Positions 27,363 to 38,964 of a DNA stretch of 64,000 nt are shown here, in pieces. A program made the position numbers and the translations under genes. Within the stretch, counting starts at the first letter, position 1. Every line of letters begins with the position of its first letter. The notes under the pieces were generated by a model. It saw nothing but the letters and a program-made list of their open reading frames with translations. It searched no databases and was not told the DNA's origin. The stretch lies in the sequence record SRR31156797_5453; one strand, 5' to 3'.

Positions 27363-28709
27363 ATGTCTTTTGAGTCATTTAAATTTCAACCATTTATTTA
27401 TGAAGCACTTGCTGATAAAAAGTTCTCTAATCCAACAGAAGTGCAAGAAAAATTGATACCTGTTATCCAAAAAGGCCGTAGTGTTGTTGGACAATCTCAG
27501 ACTGGGAGTGGTAAGACCCATACATTTTTACTGCCATTGATGGATAAAATTGATGCCGAAAAAGATGAAGTGCAAGTCGTGATTACTGCACCGAGTCGTG
27601 AATTAGCCACACAAATTTATCAAGCCGCAAAACAGATCGGCGGGTTTCATGATCCGGAGATTCGTGTGTCAAATTTTGTTGGAGGAACGGATAAACAGCG
27701 CCAATTGAGCCGTCTGCAAAATCAACAGCCCCATGTCGTGATTGGGACACCTGGTCGTATCTTGGATATGATCAACGAACAAGCCTTAGGGGTTCACACT
27801 GCCAATGTATTTGTCGTGGATGAAGCAGACATGACCTTGGATATGGGCTTTTTGGAAGAAGTCGATCAAATTGCGGGGCGTTTGCCTGAGAAACTACAAA
27901 TGCTGGTTTTCTCCGCAACGATTCCAGAGAAATTGCGCCCATTCTTGAAAAAATACATGGCCAATCCATTGATCGAAGAAATCAAATCGAAAGCAGTCAT
28001 CTCTGATACGATCGAGAATTGGTTGATTTCTACCAAAGGGAAAAATACCAATAAATTGATCTATCAATTATTGACTACAGGCCATCCCTATCTTGCCATC
28101 GTTTTTGCCAACACGAAGAGCCGTGTGGATGAAATTACGGATTACTTAAAGGAACAAGGCTTAAAAGTAGCGAAGATCCACGGCGACATCAGTCCTCGTG
28201 AAAGAAAACGGATCATGCGCCAAGTGCAAAATTTGGACTACCAATATGTTGTCGCAACAGATTTAGCTGCGCGAGGAATTGATATTGAAGGGGTTTCTCA
28301 TGTCATCAATGCCGAGATTCCAGCTGATTTGGATTTCTTTATCCACCGTGTTGGTCGGACCGGTCGAAATCAAATGGATGGGACCGCGATCACTTTATAT
28401 GATCCAAGCGATGAAGGGGCAATCCAAGCCATCGAAGATCTAGGGGTTGTTTTCCAACCGAAGGAAATCAAAAATGGCGAGATCGTTGCGACTTACGATC
28501 GGAATCGTCGGCAAAAGCGGGAAAAATCTCGTGACGAATTAGACCCAACCTTGATTGGCTTAGTCAAGAAAAAGAAGAAAAAAATCAAGCCTGGCTACAA
28601 GAAAAAAATTCAATGGGCCGTTGATAAGAAGAACAAAGAAAAACGGAAGATCGAACGTCGTCAAACGACTCGAACCGCCCGCAAAAACAAGAAAAATTCG
28701 AATAGCTAA
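27363..28709 (+). CDS. cshB: DEAD-box RNA helicase CshB
   Basis: SQTGSGKT, PSRELA, DEAD, SAT, ARGID, HRVGRTGR; basic tail containing KPGYKKK. Confidence 0.93.
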   Translation: MSFESFKFQPFIYEALADKKFSNPTEVQEKLIPVIQKGRSVVGQSQTGSGKTHTFLLPLMDKIDAEKDEVQVVITAPSRELATQIYQAAKQIGGFHDPEIRVSNFVGGTDKQRQLSRLQNQQPHVVIGTPGRILDMINEQALGVHTANVFVVDEADMTLDMGFLEEVDQIAGRLPEKLQMLVFSATIPEKLRPFLKKYMANPLIEEIKSKAVISDTIENWLISTKGKNTNKLIYQLLTTGHPYLAIVFANTKSRVDEITDYLKEQGLKVAKIHGDISPRERKRIMRQVQNLDYQYVVATDLAARGIDIEGVSHVINAEIPADLDFFIHRVGRTGRNQMDGTAITLYDPSDEGAIQAIEDLGVVFQPKEIKNGEIVATYDRNRRQKREKSRDELDPTLIGLVKKKKKKIKPGYKKKIQWAVDKKNKEKRKIERRQTTRTARKNKKNSNS

Positions 28710-28717
28710 TGCTTACC

Positions 28718-28765
28718 AAAACAGCAGTCAAGGAAGAGAACTACTCTTCCTTGACTGCTGTTTTT
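28718..28765. terminator. Perfect 21-bp inverted repeat between convergent cshB and GNAT genes
   Basis: AAAACAGCAGTCAAGGAAGAG-aacta-CTCTTCCTTGACTGCTGTTTT. Confidence 0.85.
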
Positions 28766-29184
28766 AATTGTTTGGTCATTTCTACACACAATACGCCATC
28801 TTCAGCATAGGGTTCAGATGTTTTTTGATACCCACAGGATTCATAAAACGCACAAGCGTCGATCTCTGCGGATAACACTGATTGGAGGGCACCCTCTTGG
28901 ACACCACGCATTTCGAGATAATGCAATAATTTGGTGCCGTATCCTTGGTGCCGAAAGGCCTTAGCTACGCAAAAGCGATCAGGTTGCAGAGTGTTCGGTG
29001 TAGAGAATTGATAGCGAATGGTAGCGATCGGTGTGTTTCCATCAAGCCAAAGAAAGTATGGACAGGTTTGGTCTTTTTCATCAAATTCCCATTCTGCCGG
29101 AATGTGCTGTTCTTCTACAAAAACGGCTTGCCGCAAGGCGAAAACCGCTTGTAGCATCCACGGACTGCGTCCAAAATAAAGCAT
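28741..29184 (-). CDS. GNAT acetyltransferase (ElaA/YjcF-like)
   Basis: LRQAVFVEEQ, RHQGYG acetyl-CoA motif, FYESCGY; AGGAGG RBS. Confidence 0.88.
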   Translation of the reverse strand: MLYFGRSPWMLQAVFALRQAVFVEEQHIPAEWEFDEKDQTCPYFLWLDGNTPIATIRYQFSTPNTLQPDRFCVAKAFRHQGYGTKLLHYLEMRGVQEGALQSVLSAEIDACAFYESCGYQKTSEPYAEDGVLCVEMTKQLKTAVKEE

Positions 29185-29254
29185 CAGCCGTTTTCCTCCT
29201 TTTTCGTGGTATACTCGTTATATAGTAATTGTAGCAGATGAGAGGAGAAATGAC

Positions 29255-30307
29255 GTGGATTTTTTTGAGGCGTTACAATGGTCAAATTGGAAGACACTGT
29301 CCTTTGAAATCAAAGAACAGCTGATCCAGCAAATTTTAATGTATTTTGTCAGTCCTTTAAAGGAGATCACCGATGTCCATTTTAGTCAGTTGACGTATGC
29401 AGGATTGAAATGTGCTACCTTTGAATTAACGATCGATGGCGAAGACTTTGTCTTTATACCAGGGAATTCTGAGGCGATCTTAGGTTGGGATCTCGGTGTG
29501 CAAGGGTTACCGGCTACTTGCTGGAGTAAAAATTGGCAGTCACCACCCAATGAGATCATTCGCCAACTGGAAACAATCTATGAGTTAGAAACCAGCCAGG
29601 ATTGGGGGATTTTTGTCAATGAGTCGACGAGCCCTTTGCGTAAAGCTGTGATTGATCCCATGCTAGTCCAAAAAAGTTCTCTGCCTGCTGGCGCAAGGTA
29701 TATCGGGCAGTTAAATACGATCACTGGGGAGTTTCACGGGTTAGTCGATCAATTCAGTGTTTTCGAAAAAGAGCTAAAGGCACAATTCACAGCACCAGCG
29801 TCCTTTGAGGAAAGCTTGCGTTGGGAATTACCCGCTTTTTATCACGAAGAGAATCGCTATTTTGCTGCACTAGAGCCGTTATCGGAAACCTATCAGTTAT
29901 TTACCCACGAATCCGTCAATCAAACAGAATTGAAACAGCAGTTAGATAAACAAGGCTTTCAGCTGCTTTCAGAGGATCAATGGGAATATGTCTGCGGTGC
30001 TGCTACTCGGCGACTTTTTCGCTGGGGCAATGAAAAGTCTTGCGACGATGGGGTTTCTTTGCCAACCGCTGAATTGCTTGAACCGAATTTATTTGGCTGC
30101 ACCTATGGGCTTGCGGATGCGTGGGAGCTGACAGATGGCTTGTCTTTAAAAATGGAGAACTGGCAAATTTGTGGGCATCCCTTATTCGATGCCTTGCCTT
30201 ATGCCAGTTATTACCGTTCACGGAAAATGCTACAGCCAGATCAAAAGCTTTCTCCGCAGAGCTATCGTTACCGCAAAGCGATTCTGATCAATAAAGACCG
30301 GATTTGA
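29255..30307 (+). CDS. Hypothetical protein with a divergent FGE/SUMF1-like C-terminal motif
   Basis: GAGGAG RBS with GTG start; LLSEDQWEYVCGA...FRWG and PNLFG resemble the FGE-sulfatase RLPTEAEWEYA...YPWG and PNxFG motifs. Confidence 0.7.
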   Translation: MDFFEALQWSNWKTLSFEIKEQLIQQILMYFVSPLKEITDVHFSQLTYAGLKCATFELTIDGEDFVFIPGNSEAILGWDLGVQGLPATCWSKNWQSPPNEIIRQLETIYELETSQDWGIFVNESTSPLRKAVIDPMLVQKSSLPAGARYIGQLNTITGEFHGLVDQFSVFEKELKAQFTAPASFEESLRWELPAFYHEENRYFAALEPLSETYQLFTHESVNQTELKQQLDKQGFQLLSEDQWEYVCGAATRRLFRWGNEKSCDDGVSLPTAELLEPNLFGCTYGLADAWELTDGLSLKMENWQICGHPLFDALPYASYYRSRKMLQPDQKLSPQSYRYRKAILINKDRI

Positions 30308-30310
30308 GGA

Positions 30311-30339
30311 TTGACTTTTTCGACACATTTCCTTATACT
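30311..30339 (+). promoter_or_regulatory. sigmaA promoter for alaS
   Basis: TTGACT-17 nt-TATACT. Confidence 0.85.
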
Positions 30340-30344
30340 TTGAA

Positions 30345-30562
30345 TGACGAAGGATATGGTCGGTTTGATGATTCATTACAGAAAGTTTTTCACTGCTGAG
30401 AGAAAAACATGAATTCAGACGGATTGCTCCCTTTGGTGCTCAACTGCAGCAGAAATGTTGCCGTCCACTCCGCGTTAACGAGTCTAAGAGGTAATGAGTC
30501 ACATCATTGCAAGCAAGGTGGTACCGCGTATCGACGTCCTTGCTCTGCAATGGTGTTTTTTT
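30345..30562 (+). promoter_or_regulatory. T-box riboswitch (Ala) upstream of alaS
   Basis: GCTGAGA stem I motif; likely specifier GCT at 30426-30428; T-box AAGGTGGTACCGCG at 30515-30528; terminator ending gcaatggtgttttttt. Confidence 0.92.
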
Positions 30563-30658
30563 ATCGTCAAAATGACTCTACAGGCATAAGAGCGCCTTAC
30601 CAGCAATTTTGTCAGCCCCTGTATCTTAAGCGAACACAGAAGAAAGTAGGAGAATAAC

Positions 30659-33301
30659 GTGAAACAATTATCCAGTGCAGAAGTACGCCAAATGTTTTTG
30701 GACTTCTTTCAATCAAAAGGTCATTCAATTGAACCAAGTGCGTCCCTTGTCCCAGTCAACGATCCAACCCTATTATGGATCAATTCAGGGGTGGCAACGC
30801 TAAAAAAATATTTTGACGGCAGTGTTGTTCCTGAAAACCCAAGAATGACCAATGCGCAAAAATCAATTCGGACCAACGACATCGAAAACGTTGGGAAAAC
30901 AGCAAGACACCATACGATGTTTGAAATGCTAGGAAACTTTTCGATCGGCGATTATTTCAAAAATGAAGCGATTCATTGGGCATGGGAGTTTTTGACTTCC
31001 CCAGAATGGATGGCTTTTGATCCAGAAAAGTTATATGTCACGGTTTATCCAAAAGACACAGAAGCAAAACGGATCTGGGCAGAAGAAGTCGGCTTGACAC
31101 CAGAGCATATCGTTGAGATTGAAGACAACTTTTGGGACATCGGTGCAGGACCATGTGGACCGGATTCGGAGATTTTCTATGACCGTGGTCCTGAGTTTAA
31201 TGACGTAGCGGAAGATGATCCCGAAAACTATCCTGGTGGCGAAAATGAACGCTATTTGGAAATCTGGAATCTGGTCTTTTCAGAATTCAATCATCAACCA
31301 GATGGCTCCTATGAACCACTACCACATAAAAACATTGATACGGGGATGGGGCTGGAACGAATGGTTTCCATCGTTCAAAATGCACCAACCAATTTTGAAA
31401 CAGACTTGTTTCTGCCGATCATCAATGCAGTGGCAGATTTAAGCGGTCGTGTGAACTACGGCGACAGCAAAACGACAGATATCTCCTTTAAAGTGATTGC
31501 AGACCATATCCGCGCGCTTTCTTTTGCGATCGGCGATGGGGCACTTCCTTCAAATGAAGGCCGTGGCTATGTTTTACGTCGTTTATTACGTCGTGCAGTC
31601 ATGCATGGGAAAAAATTAGGGATCGATGCTGCCTTCTTATACAAATTAGTACCGATCGTTGGCGAGATCATGGAAAGCTACTATCCTGAAGTACTAGAGC
31701 AGCAAGAATTTATTGAAAAAGTGATCCGCAACGAGGAAGAACGTTTCCATGAAACCATCAATGAAGGGTTAGATATTTTAAATCAAGTGATCGCCCAAGT
31801 AAAAGCAGACAACCAAGATACGTTAGCTGGTCAAGATATTTTCAAATTGTATGATACTTACGGCTTCCCAGTTGAATTGACAGAAGAAGTGGCGGAAGAC
31901 GAAGGGTTGAAAGTGGACCATCAAGGGTTTGAACAAGAAATGGATGCACAACGTGCCCGCGCTCGTGCGGCTCGACAAACGGAGCTTTCAATGGGCGTAC
32001 AATCCGCTTTATTGACGGATATCAAAGTAGACAGCCGTTTCGTTGGCTATGATTCACTTGAAGCTAACAGTGAATTATTAGTGATCATCCAAGACGAAGC
32101 GTTACACGATTCTGTTTCGACAGGTGAAGCAAAACTGATTTTTGCTGAAACACCATTTTACGCAGAAATGGGTGGACAAGTTGCGGATACAGGCACGATC
32201 GTAGCAGAAGATGGTACGATCGTAGCGGAAGTGACGGATGTCAAAAAAGCACCGAACGGTCAGTTCTTGCATACTGCTACAGTCAAAGCGCCACTACAAG
32301 AAGGCGTGAACTATTTCTTACAAGTGGATCAGCATCGTCGCAATAAGATTATCAAAAATCATACGGCGACTCACTTATTGCATAAAGCGTTAAAAGAAGT
32401 ATTAGGTAGCCATGCGAACCAAGCAGGTTCATTAGTTGCTCCAGGACATTTGCGCTTTGACTTTAGTCATTTCGGGCAAGTGACCAGCGAAGAACTGAGC
32501 CAAATGGAACAAATCGTCAACCAAAAAATTTGGGAAGCCCTCCCTGTTGTGACGATCGAAACGGATATCGATACCGCAAAAGGCATGGGAGCGATGGCAC
32601 TCTTTGGTGAAAAATATGGGCATGACGTTCGCGTCGTCAATGTTGCCGATTGGTCGATCGAATTATGTGGGGGAACCCATGTGGCAAATACGGAGGATAT
32701 CGGTATTTTCAAAATCGTTTCTGAATCAGGGATCGGTGCTGGTGTTCGTCGGATCGAAGCCGTGACTAGTCAAGAGGCCTATACGTTATTGCATGAAGAA
32801 GAAACGCAATTAAAAGCAATCGCAGGAATTGTTAAATCTGCCCAATTAAAAGAAGTCGTTGCCAAAACAGAACAACTGCAAGCGCAGCTACGTGAATTGC
32901 AAAAAGAAAACGAAGCTCTTGCCAGCAAGTTAGCAAATCAGCAAGCAGGGGATGTTTTCAAAGATGTCAAAGAAGTAAATGGTCTGCGTCTAATCACAGC
33001 GAAAGTGACTGTTAAGGACATGAACCAATTACGTCAACTAGCCGATCAATGGAAACAAAAAGACCATTCTGATATTTTAGTGTTAGCTACCGCGAATGAT
33101 GGCAAAGTGAATCTTTTAGCTGCTATGAACAAAGTAGCCAATGAAAAAGGATTGAAAGCGGGCGATTTGATCAAAGAGATCGCACCTAAAGTTGGTGGCG
33201 GCGGTGGCGGCCGTCCTGATATGGCACAAGCCGGCGGGAAGAATCCTGAAGGAATCACAGCAGCACTTGAGACCGCAGCAGCGTGGTTAGCTGCCAAGTA
33301 A
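30659..33301 (+). CDS. alaS: Alanine--tRNA ligase
   Basis: [56 protein letters not shown]. Confidence 0.98.
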   Translation: MKQLSSAEVRQMFLDFFQSKGHSIEPSASLVPVNDPTLLWINSGVATLKKYFDGSVVPENPRMTNAQKSIRTNDIENVGKTARHHTMFEMLGNFSIGDYFKNEAIHWAWEFLTSPEWMAFDPEKLYVTVYPKDTEAKRIWAEEVGLTPEHIVEIEDNFWDIGAGPCGPDSEIFYDRGPEFNDVAEDDPENYPGGENERYLEIWNLVFSEFNHQPDGSYEPLPHKNIDTGMGLERMVSIVQNAPTNFETDLFLPIINAVADLSGRVNYGDSKTTDISFKVIADHIRALSFAIGDGALPSNEGRGYVLRRLLRRAVMHGKKLGIDAAFLYKLVPIVGEIMESYYPEVLEQQEFIEKVIRNEEERFHETINEGLDILNQVIAQVKADNQDTLAGQDIFKLYDTYGFPVELTEEVAEDEGLKVDHQGFEQEMDAQRARARAARQTELSMGVQSALLTDIKVDSRFVGYDSLEANSELLVIIQDEALHDSVSTGEAKLIFAETPFYAEMGGQVADTGTIVAEDGTIVAEVTDVKKAPNGQFLHTATVKAPLQEGVNYFLQVDQHRRNKIIKNHTATHLLHKALKEVLGSHANQAGSLVAPGHLRFDFSHFGQVTSEELSQMEQIVNQKIWEALPVVTIETDIDTAKGMGAMALFGEKYGHDVRVVNVADWSIELCGGTHVANTEDIGIFKIVSESGIGAGVRRIEAVTSQEAYTLLHEEETQLKAIAGIVKSAQLKEVVAKTEQLQAQLRELQKENEALASKLANQQAGDVFKDVKEVNGLRLITAKVTVKDMNQLRQLADQWKQKDHSDILVLATANDGKVNLLAAMNKVANEKGLKAGDLIKEIAPKVGGGGGGRPDMAQAGGKNPEGITAALETAAAWLAAK

Positions 33302-33398
33302 GCACACTATGGTTGAATCTGTACCCGCGAGTTCCTTTCCTTCTAAGAAGATAGGTGAAAGAGGAGCGTAGGTCTTTAACACATTCCTTTTTTGAACG

Positions 33399-33436
33399 AA
33401 GATGACGGAGGGGGAGACCCTTCCGTTATCTTTTTC
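33399..33436 (+). terminator. Terminator after alaS
   Basis: aagatgacggaggg / cccttccgttatctt followed by T residues. Confidence 0.8.
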
Positions 33437-33578
33437 CTTTTTTCCTACGTGTTATCTGAAAATGCGTTTGATAATTGAAGGGAATTCGCTTTTTTTTCGA
33501 AAAAACGATACGAATAGTTGTTTAATTGAATTCCTTCGGGGTAAAATAAGAAAGATGGTTTTTTGAGAGGGTGATGAT

Positions 33579-34721
33579 TTGCTAAACTTTTTTTTAAATC
33601 GTAGCAAAAAAAATGGTGTCTACGAACGCACAGCCATTGGGAAGTTAGCGGGTAGCCTCGGGTTGCTTTCCAACCTCCTATTATTTGCCGGAAAATTTAT
33701 CATTGGCTTATCTGCACAATCTGTTTCGATTATGGCCGATGCCATCAACAGTCTTTCAGATACAGCCTCGTCTATTTTAACATTGATCGGTTTTCGGATC
33801 TCGGCGAAACCAGCCGACAGTGAACATCCATATGGACATGAGCGATTTGAAGCCATCAGTGGGTTTGTGGTATCTTTGATCATCACGTTTGTTGGCGGTC
33901 AATTTCTCATCAGCTCTGTGCAACGCATCATGGAACCGACGAGTATCCGTCTTTCACCACTATTGTTTATCGTTTTGGTTTTATCGATTTTGATCAAAAT
34001 CTGGCAGGGAGCGATGTACCGCAAACTGGCGAACCTGATTGGCTCTCAAACACTTAAAGCCAGTGGGCAAGACAGTCTCAACGATGTGTATACAACGGGT
34101 GCGGTTTTGTTTTCAGCGACGATCGAGTGGTTGACTGGCCTACGTATCGATGGCTTTGTCGGCTGTCTGATTGCCTTGTATATTTTGATTAGCGGAATCA
34201 AAATGATTCGTTCCTTTATCAACGAATTATTAGGGGCACGCCCAACGCAAGAAGAAGTAGCTGCCATGGAGCAGCGCTTGGATCACTATCCGACGATTCT
34301 CGGTTACCATGATTTACTGGTTCATAATTATGGACCGAAAAATCGCTTTGCCAGTGTGCATATCGAAGTGGATGAAACGTGGTCTTTACGAGAAGCGCAT
34401 GAGGTGATTGATGCTATTGAACAAGATTTTCGCCAATCTTTAAAGGTCGACCTTGTCTGTCACCTTGATCCAGTACCAATTCAAGATCAGCAGTATCGGT
34501 ATTTAAAAAAAGAAGTGTCAAAGATCATTCGCTTCGTTGATCCGCAGTTACGGATGCATGATTTTCAGGTCAAAGGAGATCTGTTGGCGTTTGATTTAGT
34601 GATTCCCGCAAAATCGGCGTATAGTGATCAAGAAATCGAAGAAATGCTGAAACAAAAAATCAAAGAAACACTAGGGGACTATGAATTGAAGCTTGCTTTC
34701 GATCATAGTTACCTATTATAG
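33579..34721 (+). CDS. Cation diffusion facilitator (CDF) family transporter
   Basis: ADAINSLSD, KPADSEHPYGHERFE, DSLND, HDLLVHNYG, VCHLDP. Confidence 0.92.
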   Translation: MLNFFLNRSKKNGVYERTAIGKLAGSLGLLSNLLLFAGKFIIGLSAQSVSIMADAINSLSDTASSILTLIGFRISAKPADSEHPYGHERFEAISGFVVSLIITFVGGQFLISSVQRIMEPTSIRLSPLLFIVLVLSILIKIWQGAMYRKLANLIGSQTLKASGQDSLNDVYTTGAVLFSATIEWLTGLRIDGFVGCLIALYILISGIKMIRSFINELLGARPTQEEVAAMEQRLDHYPTILGYHDLLVHNYGPKNRFASVHIEVDETWSLREAHEVIDAIEQDFRQSLKVDLVCHLDPVPIQDQQYRYLKKEVSKIIRFVDPQLRMHDFQVKGDLLAFDLVIPAKSAYSDQEIEEMLKQKIKETLGDYELKLAFDHSYLL

Positions 34722-34745
34722 GGTTACAGGATATAGGAGGAAACT

Positions 34746-36212
34746 ATGATAAAAATGGATATGAGCATGATTTCCACGGTATTATTGGCACTTTTGTTTA
34801 TTAATACGATTGCTGCCTTTATTACTGTTTTTCGGAAACCACGCTCGATTGCAAGTGTCTTTGCTTGGATGATGACGTTGGTATTCATCCCCGGCATCGG
34901 GTTTTTGTTGTACTTGTTTTGTGGTCGGGGGATCGACGGAGAAATTATTTATAAATTTAGTGAGCACCACCAAAGTAGGATCAATGAGTTGAATCAAATC
35001 ATCAAAGTGCACAATTATTCTTTTCCTGAACATCCTTACTCAGATGACAATCATCTATTAGAGCGCTATTTTAAGAACCTTGATGAATCGCCCTTGACTA
35101 AAGGAAACAAAGTAGAATTTTATACAGATGGAAAAGAAAAATTTGCAGCATTGTTTGAAGACATGAAGCAAGCAGAAGATAATCTGCATGTGGAATATTA
35201 TTCGTTTTTTAATGATGAGATCGGTGGCCAATTTCTGTCTATCTTGATCGATAAAGCCCGTGAAGGTGTTGAAGTGCGTTTGGTCTATGATCCATGGGGG
35301 TCACCGAAAGCCAATCGGAAATTCTTTCAACCGTTGATTGATGCCGGTGGAAAAGTCGTGCCTTTCATCACTTCGAAGAACCTGATCCGTAACACACGAT
35401 TGAACTATCATCTACATCGAAAAATCGTTGTGATCGATGGTCAAATTGGGTGGACTGGCGGCTTTAATGTCGGCGATCAATATTTAGGGAAAAAGGCCAA
35501 ATTTGGCTATTGGCGAGACACCCATGCGAGAATCGTAGGTACTGCCAGTTTTACACTACAAGAGATTTTTATTCGTGACTGGAACGCATCTGTAAAAAAA
35601 GAGGAGGATCAACTGGAATACGAGGATCGCTACTTTATTCTACCGCCGAAAGAGCTCTCTGGAAATGTTGATTTGCAGATTGTCGCTGATGGTCCTGAAA
35701 GTGAGACCCAAATTCTCAAAGGCGGTTTTGTAAAAATGATCTTAGCTGCCAAAGAATCGATTTGGATCCAAACGCCTTATTTGATTCCTGATGACAGTAT
35801 GATGAACGCATTGGAAATTGCCATCCACTCAGGTGTAGACGTCCGAATCATGATCCCATGTATGCCTGACCACCCATTCATTTACCGGGCAACACAGCAT
35901 TATGCCAATTATTTGCATCGTCGTGGTGCAAAAATCTACATCTATAACAATGGTTTCCTCCATGCGAAGACGGTCATGATGGATGATACCATTAGTTCCT
36001 TTGGGACGACAAATCAAGACATTCGGAGTTATGCCTTGAATTTTGAAGTCAATGCTTTTGCCTACGATCACGATGTCACGCAAACGTTGAAAGGCTTCTT
36101 TGAAGAGGATATGGCGCAATCCACATTACTGACGGATGAAATTTTAGCTAAGCAGTCTTACTGGTTGCGCTTCAAACAAAACTTCTCTCGGTTATTGTCT
36201 CCGATCCTTTAA
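34746..36212 (+). CDS. cls: Cardiolipin synthase
   Basis: Two N-terminal TMs; two HKD motifs (HRKIVVID, HAKTVMMD); WRDTH. Confidence 0.95.
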   Translation: MIKMDMSMISTVLLALLFINTIAAFITVFRKPRSIASVFAWMMTLVFIPGIGFLLYLFCGRGIDGEIIYKFSEHHQSRINELNQIIKVHNYSFPEHPYSDDNHLLERYFKNLDESPLTKGNKVEFYTDGKEKFAALFEDMKQAEDNLHVEYYSFFNDEIGGQFLSILIDKAREGVEVRLVYDPWGSPKANRKFFQPLIDAGGKVVPFITSKNLIRNTRLNYHLHRKIVVIDGQIGWTGGFNVGDQYLGKKAKFGYWRDTHARIVGTASFTLQEIFIRDWNASVKKEEDQLEYEDRYFILPPKELSGNVDLQIVADGPESETQILKGGFVKMILAAKESIWIQTPYLIPDDSMMNALEIAIHSGVDVRIMIPCMPDHPFIYRATQHYANYLHRRGAKIYIYNNGFLHAKTVMMDDTISSFGTTNQDIRSYALNFEVNAFAYDHDVTQTLKGFFEEDMAQSTLLTDEILAKQSYWLRFKQNFSRLLSPIL

Positions 36213-36608
36213 TTTCAACGCCTTTGCTAATCCTTGGCGTGCCAAATGGTCGGCACCTTTGTTTTGGCTCTCAGGGATCCATTGGATGATCGCTAAAGGG
36301 AACTGTTTCAACAAGCATTGAATTTCCGTTAAATAATCAGAAAAAGCAGGGTTTTTGGTATAATTCTTGTCGATAGTCTGCGCAACGACTTTGCTGTCGG
36401 TATAGAGCATAATCGTCTGTTCCTGTAACCCTTTGTCAATCAGCAGCTGCAACGCGTTTACCATCACAGCGAACTCTGCTTGGTGGTTGGTTGAATCAGG
36501 TAGCGGAAACGCAATTTGCTCATGCAGATCAGTACCGACAATGACGATTCCACCGCCACTAGGGCCGGGGTTGCCTTTCGTGGAAGCATCAAGATAAACT
36601 TTTAACAT
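36192..36608 (-). CDS. rnhA: Ribonuclease HI family protein
   Basis: DASTKGNPGPSGGG, NHQAEF, TDSK, WIPESQNKGADHLA. Confidence 0.9.
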   Translation of the reverse strand: MLKVYLDASTKGNPGPSGGGIVIVGTDLHEQIAFPLPDSTNHQAEFAVMVNALQLLIDKGLQEQTIMLYTDSKVVAQTIDKNYTKNPAFSDYLTEIQCLLKQFPLAIIQWIPESQNKGADHLARQGLAKALKLKDRRQ

Positions 36609-36673
36609 TGTCTCACCCTTTTTTGATATGATAAAGATAGTATACTAGAAATTTTATGTTGTGAGGAACTTTT

Positions 36674-37084
36674 ATGAAGCGTAAATTGTATTGGCAACCG
36701 GAAGCTGCTACAGCGATCATTTATTGGTCGTTTACTATGATGATATTATTTATCAGTTTGATTCTTTCGTTAGAAAATACCAGACCTTATTGGAAAAGCA
36801 ACCTCGTTTTAGCCGTCTTTTTCTTTTTTGTATGGTTAGGTATTCATCGAAGCATACTCATCAGGAATGATTTGCTCCTTATTCGCTATGCCCGCTTATG
36901 GAAGAAAAGTCTTGTTTCTTTACCTGAGATAGAAAAATGGCAAATTGTAAACTATTTAATAAGCATTACCGATCATCAAAAAACGTATACCTTCACGTTG
37001 CGTAAAAAAGATGTGGTATGGTTAGAAACTTTTTTTCAAGAAAAAATCCCTGAAAAAAGGGTGCAGGTCGAAACCAACGAGTAA
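36674..37084 (+). CDS. ebsA: EbsA family membrane protein
   Basis: YWQPE...IIYWS N-terminal signature; two TMs; divergent from the RNase H gene. Confidence 0.8.
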   Translation: MKRKLYWQPEAATAIIYWSFTMMILFISLILSLENTRPYWKSNLVLAVFFFFVWLGIHRSILIRNDLLLIRYARLWKKSLVSLPEIEKWQIVNYLISITDHQKTYTFTLRKKDVVWLETFFQEKIPEKRVQVETNE

Positions 37085-37293
37085 TTCATAGAAATCTAGA
37101 AAACAGCGATCACTCCTTTTGGCGGTACAGCCTTAGGAAGGACGTTGTTTTTTGTTTACATAGAGAATTCGGCAAACTTCTTGTAAAAGTGTGGAAAATC
37201 TCTCTTTCTTTCTGAATAAAATCAAGTATAATAAGAGCATAGCAAACAAAATACATTTTAAAGTGCTAAATAGTTCGTGAATTGAGGGTAAAA

Positions 37294-38964
37294 ATGAAAT
37301 CAGATATCGAAATTGCACAAGAATCAATGCCTAAACCGATTATTGAAATTGCTGAACCACTTGGTTTAACAGGGGATGACCTGGAACTTTATGGCAAATA
37401 TAAAGCAAAAATCGAATGGTCGGCAATCAAAGAAAAAGCAAACAAGCCGTTAGGTAAGCTTATTTTAGTCACAGCCATCAGCCCGACACCAGCAGGGGAA
37501 GGTAAATCAACGGTGACCATCGGACTTGCGGATGCCCTGAATCAAATCGGGAAACAAACCGTCATTGCTTTGCGGGAGCCATCATTGGGCCCAGTAATGG
37601 GCATCAAAGGCGGCGCCACCGGCGGCGGCAAAGCACAAGTTCTACCGATGGAAGACATCAACTTACATTTCACAGGTGATATGCATGCGATCACGGCTGC
37701 CAATAACGCCTTGTCTGCGTTGATCGACAATCATATCCAACAAGGTAACGAATTAGGGATCGACGGACGTCGGGTCACATGGAAACGCGTTGTCGATTTG
37801 AATGATCGAGCGTTACGACAAGTGATCGTCGGTCTAGGGGGACCGTTACAAGGCGTTCCCCGAGAAGACGGTTTTGACATTACCGTTGCTAGTGAGATCA
37901 TGGCGATTTTGTGCTTGGCAACAAGCATTGATAATTTAAAAGAGCGATTAGGAAAGATTTTAATTGGTTATTCTTTTGGGAAACAACCGATTTACGTAAA
38001 AGATCTGGCGGTCCAAGGTGCTTTAGCCTTACTTTTAAAAGATGCCCTCAAACCGAATCTCGTTCAAACGATTGAAGGAACCCCTGCGCTGATCCATGGC
38101 GGTCCTTTTGCGAATATCGCCCATGGGTGTAATAGTGTCATCGCAACCGAGACGGCTTTGCACGTAGGCGAATACACGGTGACCGAAGCTGGGTTTGGTG
38201 CTGACTTAGGCGCAGAGAAATTTCTTGATATCAAAACACCGAACTTATCAAAGGCACCAGATGCGATCGTAGTGGTAGCGACGATCAGAGCACTGAAGAT
38301 GCATGGTGGGGTCGCTGTCGCTGAATTAGGGACAGAAAACATAGAAGCATTAGAGCGGGGCTTCAGTAATTTAAAGCGACATGTTGGAAACATGCGTAAA
38401 TACGGTATTCCAGTTGTCGTTGCGCTTAATGAGTTCTCACAAGACACCGAAGCAGAGCGGAAATTAGTTGAAACCATGTGTCAGCAAATCGACGTCACCA
38501 TCGCACGGACAGCCGTTTGGGCAGAAGGTGGCGCCGGTGGAACGGATCTAGCAAAAGCGCTGGTACAAGTAATTGAGGAAAAACCCGCCAACTATCATCG
38601 CTTGTATACCGACGATTTGCCTTTAGCGGATAAAGCTTCTTTGATTGTGCGTGAGATCTACGGCGGGGCAGAGGTTGAGTTTGCGCCTAAAGCCAAGGCA
38701 CAGTTGCAAAGCTTCAAAGAGCAAGGCTGGGATCAGCTGCCGATTTGTATGGCAAAAACCCAGTATTCATTCAGTGATGATCCAAAGCGATTGGGCGCAC
38801 CAGATGACTTCACAGTAACGATTCGCGAATTCGTGCCAAAATTAGGTGCTGGTTTTATCGTTGCCTTGACTGGTGCCGTGATGACAATGCCTGGATTACC
38901 GAAGAAACCTGCGGCTATCAATATGGACGTGACTTCTGATGGCCAAGCGATCGGTCTTTTCTAA
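37294..38964 (+). CDS. fhs: Formate--tetrahydrofolate ligase
   Basis: [46 protein letters not shown]. Confidence 0.98.
   Translation: MKSDIEIAQESMPKPIIEIAEPLGLTGDDLELYGKYKAKIEWSAIKEKANKPLGKLILVTAISPTPAGEGKSTVTIGLADALNQIGKQTVIALREPSLGPVMGIKGGATGGGKAQVLPMEDINLHFTGDMHAITAANNALSALIDNHIQQGNELGIDGRRVTWKRVVDLNDRALRQVIVGLGGPLQGVPREDGFDITVASEIMAILCLATSIDNLKERLGKILIGYSFGKQPIYVKDLAVQGALALLLKDALKPNLVQTIEGTPALIHGGPFANIAHGCNSVIATETALHVGEYTVTEAGFGADLGAEKFLDIKTPNLSKAPDAIVVVATIRALKMHGGVAVAELGTENIEALERGFSNLKRHVGNMRKYGIPVVVALNEFSQDTEAERKLVETMCQQIDVTIARTAVWAEGGAGGTDLAKALVQVIEEKPANYHRLYTDDLPLADKASLIVREIYGGAEVEFAPKAKAQLQSFKEQGWDQLPICMAKTQYSFSDDPKRLGAPDDFTVTIREFVPKLGAGFIVALTGAVMTMPGLPKKPAAINMDVTSDGQAIGLF

Noticed and set aside
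30409-30657. 82-aa ORF upstream of alaS
   Set aside because: It overlaps the Ala T-box riboswitch and its terminator.
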